IMG/VR virus record: IMGVR_UViG_3300022697_000016
Span: 1 to 32,584 of that record
Length of the DNA stretch: 32,584 nt
From: a virus
Lineage: Duplodnaviria > Caudoviricetes
Reading direction: 5' to 3' (one strand)
The first letter of the stretch is position 1. Each line of letters starts with the position of its first letter. The position numbers were made by a program, and so were the translations under genes. Below the pieces are notes generated by a model. It saw only the letters and a program-made list of their open reading frames with translations, searched no databases and was not told where the DNA came from. This document shows positions 25,517 to 32,584 of this stretch, piece after piece.

Positions 25517-25570
25517 AGGAGTCAATCCTCTCTTAAAACCAACATTTAGTGAGGCTTACTAAGCCTGTGA

Positions 25571-26287
25571 TTAGTTATCTATAGCATGAGAAGCTTGCTG
25601 AACTGAAGATAAGTTAGACAGCTCTTCTTCAGTCAAATCTGGCAAGATCTCAATCGAGAATTTGTGAACCATAGTGGTGTTGTATTTCTTCACACCAAAC
25701 TGGCCACCTTTAGTTTCCCGACGAAGAGCAAACTTCTGTGCCTGTAGGTGTGTTAGAATAATCTGAGGGATGTGATACCCATTCTCAGATTCTTCACCAA
25801 AAGGAATGTATTTTGATACTTTGCCTGTGTACTTATTCATCACAGTGATGATTCCACCAGACAACTGAGCATCAGCAGGATCCAGGTTCATAATCCTTAC
25901 TCGAGACAGTTTAAGTGCATTAGCACGTACAATCTGTCGAATAAGAATCTGGTTAGATGGGTCCACTTTTTGAACATCCATCAAGAGGAGTTCTGGGATA
26001 GAAGGAGGACCCTTAACTTTTGGTTGTTTGATAATCTCTGGCAGAGGTTCAGTAGTATCCAAAACTGGATTCACTACGGGAGATTCTAGTCCCATACCTG
26101 AGGCTACGGAGGCATCATTAGGCAAAGCTGACAAGTAATCTTTAATGTTCTGCTTGAGTGTCTTCTTTCCGGTATTTCCTGAAAATGCAATTCCAAGACT
26201 GGTAGCGACTGTACGGAGTTCTTTAACAGTATCCATTGCCGTGATAGCAGTCTTTGCTTCAGCGGGTGCAAGTGTTTTAATGTCCAT
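25571..26287 (-). CDS. N4 gp55-like protein
   Basis: ALKL.RVRI.NLDP...GGIITV.N...G.V.KYIPFGE...GYHIP...F.IEILPDLT.EEL pattern; directly downstream of the capsid gene. Confidence 0.85.
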   Translation of the reverse strand: MDIKTLAPAEAKTAITAMDTVKELRTVATSLGIAFSGNTGKKTLKQNIKDYLSALPNDASVASGMGLESPVVNPVLDTTEPLPEIIKQPKVKGPPSIPELLLMDVQKVDPSNQILIRQIVRANALKLSRVRIMNLDPADAQLSGGIITVMNKYTGKVSKYIPFGEESENGYHIPQIILTHLQAQKFALRRETKGGQFGVKKYNTTMVHKFSIEILPDLTEEELSNLSSVQQASHAIDN

Positions 26288-26325
26288 GGTTCATTTTCTT
26301 TCAAGAGTTTCTGAGGCATTATGTG

Positions 26326-26355
26326 AAAAAAAGGGCAGCTATAAGCTGCCCTTTT
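26326..26355 (-). terminator. Intrinsic terminator after the major capsid gene
   Basis: On the - strand: AAAAGGGCAGCT-tat-AGCTGCCC followed by T7. Confidence 0.9.
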
Positions 26356-26376
26356 ATATTAGCTTATTGCGGCACC

Positions 26377-27861
26377 TTACTCAGGAGCAACCGCTTTTAC
26401 AAGACCGATGCGCTCGGGACGAAGCGCGATAAAGCCATGATAGAAGGTGATCGAAGAGAATCCGATCTTACCATATGGATCTTGTACAGTAGCCATATCT
26501 TTGCCAGGTTTCTTGACAATGATCTTAAACTTCTGCTTGGGGTTAACATCATTATCACCAACCGGGTTTTGACCAGCACTAGAACCAGGCTTAGCAGCTT
26601 TAGATCCAGCACTTTGCAAACCAACTGTAGCAAAGCTTTCATGACCAACAACCAGCATCGGGTATACATCATAACGACCAGCAGTAGCTCGTACACCAGG
26701 GTTTACACCCTCAGCAGCACCAGCACCGGCCCAATGCATCATCTCAGGAACAACAACGATCCTGAAATCACCTACTGCTCCAATTTCGCCATTCATGATT
26801 GTTCCAGCATTGGAATATTCACGAACGAATTTGAAAGCAGGGTTACCAAGACCATCAACCATATTTTCAACAGTCGTTTGCATTTCCGAACCAATATACA
26901 TGATGCGAGAAGCATTGACCGTTTTGGTATCAACCATACGGCTACCGTTGATAATCTTAGTGTTCTTCGGAGTACGGTTATCATCCAAGATAATCGAAAG
27001 CCGTTTAAGATCAGCAAAGGTCACAATGGAAGGTGTAGCACCTTCACCAGTAATTTGTTGATCTGAAATAGCAGCACCAGCGAAGATGACTGTACCAGCA
27101 GCACTCAAGAGATCAATCTGAAGAAGGTCTTCAGTAATCTCATTTGCGCCTTCAACCATCTCACGAGACATGTGACCATAAAGTTCACTATCCGTATCAA
27201 AGGTCATGGAATTCTCTGTGAACTCAGTAAACAAACCATGTTCAGCAAGAGTACCAGTACGCTCAATACGAGTGAAACCAACACGGTTAACTCGACCACC
27301 GTCTTCCGTCAGAGTCGGCATACGACCAGAAATCGTACCAACATCTTTGGAAGAGCCGTACATATTGCCACCAGCTTGGAGCAGGGTAGAACCCAAACCA
27401 AGAGCAACAATAGCACCAGCAATTCCAGCGGTGTTACACTTAGCCTGAAGCATATCAACAGTGATGGAAGCAAAACCAACACCTGATGCACCAGAACCAT
27501 TGGCACCTGCTACGGCAGTAGCAGCTGAAGCATTGATAGCTACTACAGCTGCAGCAGCACCTGCGTTAGCAGTTTCCATAACCAAGCGAGGGAATGTAAC
27601 AAAGTGTTCGGCCGGAACCAAAGTAACACCGTTAGCATCAATACCTTGGTCGGATATGTTACGAGTATCCAAGAGAGGTACATAGTAAAACGCTTTTAGA
27701 GTCTTACCATAATGCTTGGGCATTGAACGAACATCAGCCAGAGGACTGAAGAACATGAGCTTAGCAGCATCAATCAGGGACCGACGATCCCAGTAATGTG
27801 TGTTAAACTGAGGACCAACCGTACTCGGCAATCCGGGAGGGGCATTGTAAATCTGGGCCAT
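26377..27861 (-). CDS. Major capsid protein (N4 gp56-like) with insertions
   Basis: FSPLADV.SMPKHYGK, GNMYGSSKDVG, GGRVNRVGFTR, DPYGKIGFSSI..Y.GF..LRPERI motifs; AAGGA RBS; followed by a terminator. Confidence 0.96.
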   Translation of the reverse strand: MAQIYNAPPGLPSTVGPQFNTHYWDRRSLIDAAKLMFFSPLADVRSMPKHYGKTLKAFYYVPLLDTRNISDQGIDANGVTLVPAEHFVTFPRLVMETANAGAAAAVVAINASAATAVAGANGSGASGVGFASITVDMLQAKCNTAGIAGAIVALGLGSTLLQAGGNMYGSSKDVGTISGRMPTLTEDGGRVNRVGFTRIERTGTLAEHGLFTEFTENSMTFDTDSELYGHMSREMVEGANEITEDLLQIDLLSAAGTVIFAGAAISDQQITGEGATPSIVTFADLKRLSIILDDNRTPKNTKIINGSRMVDTKTVNASRIMYIGSEMQTTVENMVDGLGNPAFKFVREYSNAGTIMNGEIGAVGDFRIVVVPEMMHWAGAGAAEGVNPGVRATAGRYDVYPMLVVGHESFATVGLQSAGSKAAKPGSSAGQNPVGDNDVNPKQKFKIIVKKPGKDMATVQDPYGKIGFSSITFYHGFIALRPERIGLVKAVAPE

Positions 27862-27895
27862 GTCTTTTCCTTTCCAAAATTTTCATCAGAACAAC

Positions 27896-29230
27896 TTAAC
27901 TCGGTGGAGCTAAGTTCATCATCTCTTCATCAGTCATTGATGAATAATTAGGTTCATTTTGCGCATTATCATTGTTGGTGATAATTCTACGCGGTTGGTT
28001 TATTGAAGAGAGATTTGGATTGGGCTGCTCAGTCTTCGGCTTATCAGCTGCCTTCCGAATGCCAGTGTCAATTGCTACATCAGTAGCAGGTGAATGGACT
28101 TCAGTGTTTGGAGAGTTAAAAGCACCTGCATTCTGCATGGCTTCACCTACTTGGTGGTAGGCCTGTAGAAATGGAACTTCATTTAGAAATCCCATAGTTC
28201 TTTGGTAATTTAACTCTGTCTTGATTTTTTCATATACTCCAGATTGCTTCTGTTCAAGTAAATTCGTGAAGATACTAGGTTCCTCACGTAGAGCATCTTT
28301 GGAGTTATCATCCCAAAATTCGTTAACATCCTCTAGTAAACTTTGCCCACCTTCAGCTGCAAGAGTTGAATCAATAGCTTCTTGGAAAGCAGTGTCTTTA
28401 GGATCAAGTTGATAATTCGGAGTATTATACTCTACTGATTCATCAGGATTAAGATCCAATGGATCAATGTTTTTCTCTTTCAGAAACTTCTGAACAGCTT
28501 CTTTATTGCCTTTTGAGAGATCAATAAGTTTGTTCAGCTCTTCAGGAGAATTCAAACCATGTTGACGAAGCATGGCATCCATTGCACGGAGAGGTTTCAT
28601 CTCTTGCATACGACGAGAGTAATTAACTCCCATCTGCATAAGACGAATAGCATCTTCAGCTGAACGGATCTGTATGTCTTTACCATCTGCCCTAAAAGAA
28701 GCAGTTACTTTCGAGTAAAAATCAACAGCCTCTGTAGTAAGCTTATCCGTTTTGGTTGGTGCTTTGTTTTCTCCATCCTCATCTTTAACCTTAGAAGAGT
28801 CTTCAGTATGTGAATCTGGTGATTTATCTTCTTTGTTTTTTTCTGAACCAGGATCAATAGGAGTATCCTCTGCATCAGAGGTATCTTTGGTTTTGCCTTC
28901 ATAAGGATTTTCATTATCCTTAGATTCTGCCGTACCAGTATCTTCACTCTCATTTTTGTCAGTACCATTGTTATCAGGATCCTGAGTCTTAGAATCCTCC
29001 ACATTTGGTATAGCTTTGTTCTCGTCAGCATCATTATCCTCCGTACTGGTACCAGGATTAGATTCATTGGAGTTATCAGAGTTATCAGAGTTATCCTCTT
29101 CAATAGGGGCATTAGACTTATCATCTGTTTCAGGAAAATTTTCTTGGTTTTGTAGTGCACTAACTGCATCCTCACCAAGAGCCATAACTTCTTCATCAGA
29201 CATATCATCAAGGTTCATATTATCAGACAT
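27896..29230 (-). CDS. N4 gp57-like protein (acidic; possibly scaffold-like)
   Basis: ATG at 29230 with AGGAGA RBS; MSDEE/MTDEE motifs at both ends; FRADGK...AIRLMQMGVNY core; acidic linker. Confidence 0.85.
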   Translation of the reverse strand: MSDNMNLDDMSDEEVMALGEDAVSALQNQENFPETDDKSNAPIEEDNSDNSDNSNESNPGTSTEDNDADENKAIPNVEDSKTQDPDNNGTDKNESEDTGTAESKDNENPYEGKTKDTSDAEDTPIDPGSEKNKEDKSPDSHTEDSSKVKDEDGENKAPTKTDKLTTEAVDFYSKVTASFRADGKDIQIRSAEDAIRLMQMGVNYSRRMQEMKPLRAMDAMLRQHGLNSPEELNKLIDLSKGNKEAVQKFLKEKNIDPLDLNPDESVEYNTPNYQLDPKDTAFQEAIDSTLAAEGGQSLLEDVNEFWDDNSKDALREEPSIFTNLLEQKQSGVYEKIKTELNYQRTMGFLNEVPFLQAYHQVGEAMQNAGAFNSPNTEVHSPATDVAIDTGIRKAADKPKTEQPNPNLSSINQPRRIITNNDNAQNEPNYSSMTDEEMMNLAPPS

Positions 29231-29624
29231 TGGAAATATCTCCTTTTTGCGAAGAGATTGCTTCTTCACGAGCAGACTCAAGATCTACAAGTTCTTGAGT
29301 TGCAATATTACCTTTGGCAATAAAATCTTGAAGGTATCCACGAAGATGTCCAATAGATTTAAGATCAATAACAGCCCCATCAAAACCACTAGGAGTCAGT
29401 CGACCTGATGCCATGAGTTGCCCAAGTCTTTTGGGTTCTTCGACAAAGTAATCTTCCATGATGATTGAGATGAATGCTGGATCTTTTGATAGTTTTTCAG
29501 CTGCCTTAGCTTTTTCAACAATGTATTCACATGAAGCTTTATACTCGTTGAACTCATCAATATCCATAAAAGTATGAGTATCAGTTGCACCGACTTCTTC
29601 GGTGTCTGTGTCGTAGATGTTCAT
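29223..29624 (-). CDS. N4 gp58-like protein
   Basis: A.KL..DP.F..IIME.YF.EEP.RL pattern; AAGGA RBS fits the ATG at 29624; lies between the portal and gp57-like genes. Confidence 0.8.
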   Translation of the reverse strand: MNIYDTDTEEVGATDTHTFMDIDEFNEYKASCEYIVEKAKAAEKLSKDPAFISIIMEDYFVEEPKRLGQLMASGRLTPSGFDGAVIDLKSIGHLRGYLQDFIAKGNIATQELVDLESAREEAISSQKGDISNV

Positions 29625-29664
29625 TGCCACATCCTTTGTGGTTGATATGTTTCAGTCATAGTTA

Positions 29665-29682
29665 GTGTCGTGTCGTGTCGTG
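29665..29682. repeat. (GTGTC)x3.6 intergenic tandem repeat
   Basis: gtgtcgtgtcgtgtcgtg lies immediately after the portal stop codon. Confidence 0.7.
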
Positions 29683-29687
29683 GGTAG

Positions 29688-32093
29688 TTAGTTAGAAGGG
29701 AGCTGTTGGTTCTGTGTGTCTTGTGCTTGGGCATCCTGTTGAGCTTGAGCTTGTTGGTCATGCTGAAGTGTAGCCAAAGGAATTGCCTGAGCTGAAGGCA
29801 TCTGAGGAGGCACCATAGCATTAGGATCCTGAATAGGCTGTTGCTGAGTAGGCTGCTGAGTAGGCTGCACACCTTGAGTAGCATTGTTGTGATTATGAGC
29901 CTCAGTCATCCTGTTAAACCCTACAGCGGCCTGGATATTACCAGCAGGAGTCTTCCCTGTAAGGAGCCCTTTGGTAACTTGAAGATCACGGTTGCCACGA
30001 GCCTGTGCACCCACAGTTTCCACATTACGATTGTGACTAGTACCAGAAACATCCAATTGTGTTTGCATACTAATGCTTTCAGCTTCGGCATTCGTTTTAG
30101 CGATCTTAGCTTTTTCAAAATCAATCTTGGCTTCCAACTCTGAGATCTGTAATTGCTTCATTTTTTGAACCAAGGGATCAGGAGCTGGTTTGTATGTCCT
30201 AAGTTTTTCAGCAAGTGCTGGCATACGTTTGAGATCAGCGATCTGTGAAAGAATAATCTGAGTCAAAGCAGGATCCATATTTGGACCCATGGTTTGAAGC
30301 ATCATACCAAGATCTTGGGATTTCTGTTGGTCTACATTGGCAGTGGAAATATCTACTATTAGGTCAAAGTTACCAATGAGGTCTTCACGCTTGATTGTTA
30401 CGAATTCTTTATTGGTAACTCGAACGACTTCTTCTTCCTCTAGGAAGTGGGCATTCATAGCTATGATCTTACGACCGATCAGACGAATACCTTCTGCCAA
30501 ACGACGTAGGATACTCATCTCACGTTGGCCAGCAGCATCTATAGCTCCGGATATTCCTCTGGCCACTTTCCCAAAAGAATCCCCGGTAATACCAGAAGCA
30601 AAACTTTTAACACCTGACAAGCCTTCAGCTTCAGCATTCTGTAGCTGAGACATCTGCAGAGCAGAATTAGGAATCTCAGGGTATTTCATTTGTTGAATAC
30701 TAGTCTGAGGATTTGTATTCGGATTGAATTCAAAGTCTTCACCAGTAACAAAACGTTTCCTGTTTACTGGATCTAACATACCTTTGGCATACCCAGTTTG
30801 AGCATTAGCTGAACGTCCAAGAAGATCAATCATCCCTCGAGTAACAGCACCAAGAATACGTTGATTATCTTGGAGTAGAGAAGCATCAGCCTCTCCATAA
30901 ACAGATCCATCAATAGGCATGTAGGGAACAATGATGAAAGGAGGACGTCTATCTGGAAACGGATTACGGATCATCTGAATAATTGTATTACCAATAAAGG
31001 TAACTACAATTGGAACCATAATACCATCTTGGTTTATGTCGCACTCACCCCAGTATTCGTACACAAGAACCTTAGATTTTTTATCATCTAACCGCACATC
31101 ATATATTGGGGTTTCAGTCTCATGATCCAAGTTAGTTGGATTGGATTTGATAGTATTGAATTCCCAGGATACCTTATCAAGATTATGAAATTTCTTACGC
31201 TTCCTAATTTCAGATTCTGTAGATTCATAAGTGTTAATCATGAATGAAGCATTCTGCCAATCACCAGCTGATGATGGATCAATGAAGAAGTTAGCAACAT
31301 CTATGAGTTTCAAAGATGGAGCGTTAAATGTGACCTTGGTCTCTTCTACACTTTTGTGTCCTGCTTCTTTAGCATACACAGCAATGTGGTGTTCGATCCC
31401 ATATTCAACTGATGCTCGTAGAGTGTCAGGAATCGTACGATCTCTTTCAAACTCTTTAGGATCAGCCATATACCGCTTAGTAGCTTCAGCTAAAACCTGA
31501 GCTTGTTGTGGATCCTTGATAGGGAAATAGGAATACACCTGTTTCTCCTCAACCACTTTCTCAGTAGTACGTTCCCAACCTACACGAACAATGCAGGTAC
31601 CTTCATCTACAGTTTTACGAACAAAACGATCTATGAAATCAACCTTGTTGATCTTTGTATCAAACTGCCAATTAAGTATCGTCTGATTCTGCTCAGCAGC
31701 AGTAAAGTCTTCAAAGGTACGAGGATGAATATTAAACATCCGATCAGTATTCAGAAAAGGTTCTGATAACGCTGGGTAACGCCATTCGTTATGTTTACGA
31801 ATTAATTTAGGTTGAGTTGTAGAGCGTCCAAGAGATTTGGTCTTTCGACCAGATTCTACTCCAGTGGTGTTTCTAAGAGCTAACCAACCAGCAACATTAC
31901 CTCGTTGGTCAAGATTATCCATCCTGGCAAATTCAAGATCTGCTTTTAACGAAGCAATAGATGGTTCATATTTCCAATCAGTCATCTTGTCAGAATAAGA
32001 AATATCCAATTTCTTGGGATCCATAACATCAGACTGTGTACTATCAGAGGGACTATTCGAATTCATCTGATTAGTATTTGACTGTTCAGTCAT
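29688..32093 (-). CDS. Portal protein (N4 gp59-like)
   Basis: QPKLIRKHNEWRYPALSEPFL, LGAVTRGMIDLLGRSANAQ, REMSILRRLA motifs; 801 aa with a Q/P-rich tail; AGGAG RBS. Confidence 0.95.
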   Translation of the reverse strand: MTEQSNTNQMNSNSPSDSTQSDVMDPKKLDISYSDKMTDWKYEPSIASLKADLEFARMDNLDQRGNVAGWLALRNTTGVESGRKTKSLGRSTTQPKLIRKHNEWRYPALSEPFLNTDRMFNIHPRTFEDFTAAEQNQTILNWQFDTKINKVDFIDRFVRKTVDEGTCIVRVGWERTTEKVVEEKQVYSYFPIKDPQQAQVLAEATKRYMADPKEFERDRTIPDTLRASVEYGIEHHIAVYAKEAGHKSVEETKVTFNAPSLKLIDVANFFIDPSSAGDWQNASFMINTYESTESEIRKRKKFHNLDKVSWEFNTIKSNPTNLDHETETPIYDVRLDDKKSKVLVYEYWGECDINQDGIMVPIVVTFIGNTIIQMIRNPFPDRRPPFIIVPYMPIDGSVYGEADASLLQDNQRILGAVTRGMIDLLGRSANAQTGYAKGMLDPVNRKRFVTGEDFEFNPNTNPQTSIQQMKYPEIPNSALQMSQLQNAEAEGLSGVKSFASGITGDSFGKVARGISGAIDAAGQREMSILRRLAEGIRLIGRKIIAMNAHFLEEEEVVRVTNKEFVTIKREDLIGNFDLIVDISTANVDQQKSQDLGMMLQTMGPNMDPALTQIILSQIADLKRMPALAEKLRTYKPAPDPLVQKMKQLQISELEAKIDFEKAKIAKTNAEAESISMQTQLDVSGTSHNRNVETVGAQARGNRDLQVTKGLLTGKTPAGNIQAAVGFNRMTEAHNHNNATQGVQPTQQPTQQQPIQDPNAMVPPQMPSAQAIPLATLQHDQQAQAQQDAQAQDTQNQQLPSN

Positions 32094-32163
32094 GCATTAA
32101 GCTCCTAAACCTAGTTGTTTGCAGTAACCTTTATACAAACATAGTAAGCAACGCAAACAGTCT

Positions 32164-32532
32164 TCATCTCCGAAGTTTGGCGATTGACCCGTCCAAGAAA
32201 TAGAAAAACACGGTCGCGGTCATGGTTTTATCAGCGAACCCGCCGAGGGGGTTTGTCACCCCAAGCCCGAGAACCGTATCCCACACAACCAGTTTAGCGT
32301 AGTAGATCAGCGTGATGGACGCGAAAGACGCACGCACCACCTTGGGAAGCCATGTTGCCGCCCCCTTGGTTTGAGCTTCCATGCGTAGGGAAATGCTGTG
32401 GATACGCTCGTCAGCCGCTATCCTGTCGGCATTATTAGCCGCATCCATGCGGTCTTTGTTCGCTTTACGCAACTCACTAGCGAGGCCGTTCAGACCCCCC
32501 CCAGCGAACCATTTGAGGATGAGGGCTATCAT
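32164..32532 (-). CDS. Putative holin-like membrane protein
   Basis: Amphipathic N-terminus, charged helix, then two hydrophobic segments (VVRASF...LVVWD.VLG.G.T.PL; FFYF) and a basic C-terminus. It occupies the position of lysis genes in N4-like phages. Confidence 0.6.
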   Translation of the reverse strand: MIALILKWFAGGGLNGLASELRKANKDRMDAANNADRIAADERIHSISLRMEAQTKGAATWLPKVVRASFASITLIYYAKLVVWDTVLGLGVTNPLGGFADKTMTATVFFYFLDGSIAKLRR

Positions 32533-32584
32533 TCGTCAAGTTCTGCGATGAAGTCCTCAAGGCTTCGCTTCGCCATATTGATCG
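32529..32584 (-). CDS. 3' end of an upstream gene (partial)
   Basis: Open frame INMAKRSLEDFIAELDE* whose TGA overlaps the ATG of the 122-aa gene (ATGA). Confidence 0.5.
   Translation of the reverse strand, partial: INMAKRSLEDFIAELDE

Noticed and set aside
25552-25566. AGGCTT-act-AAGCCT hairpin as an N4 vRNAP promoter
   Set aside because: The loop lacks the C-GNA-G triloop of N4 early promoters and it lies in the late region.
26323-27066. 247-aa + strand ORF opposite the capsid gene
   Set aside because: It is antisense to a highly biased gene, starts within the terminator, and has no protein-like motifs.
29231-29281. Extended start of the gp57-like gene at 29281
   Set aside because: It overlaps the upstream gene; the ATG at 29230 has a strong AGGAGA RBS.
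32094-32163. Sigma70-like late promoter upstream of the portal (TTGCGT...TATAAA on the - strand)
   Set aside because: Spacing is only about 15 bp and the match is weak in AT-rich DNA, so it is not supportable.

Overview
This window is the central part of an N4-like podophage genome (Schitoviridae). The host is possibly an alphaproteobacterium, inferred weakly from accessory and holin-like genes. The + strand (1-8325) carries small accessory genes, the C-terminal part only of a family A DNA polymerase, a PD-(D/E)xK exonuclease, primase, AAA ATPase, SSB, a RusA-like resolvase fusion and a small membrane protein. A strong intrinsic terminator (~8333-8375) marks the convergence with the - strand late block: portal, gp58- and gp57-like proteins, major capsid protein, gp55/54/53/52/51-like virion proteins and the 3637-aa virion RNA polymerase. 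A GC-richer holin-like gene lies at the right end. Five points stand out. (1) The DNA polymerase looks naturally split: a motif B/C half has its own RBS and a short leader resembling an intein C-fragment, and at least four accessory genes lie upstream of it. (2) One of those genes fuses a Lar-like Zn finger to a DUF2829/Tad2-like anti-Thoeris domain. (3) The vRNAP carries two HExxH zincin-like domains, one looking like an insertion between low-complexity linkers. (4) The RusA-like ORF is a fusion with a probable internal start. (5) The capsid protein has insertions and the gp54-like protein has regular repeats. All family assignments come from recalled motifs and synteny; no searches were run.
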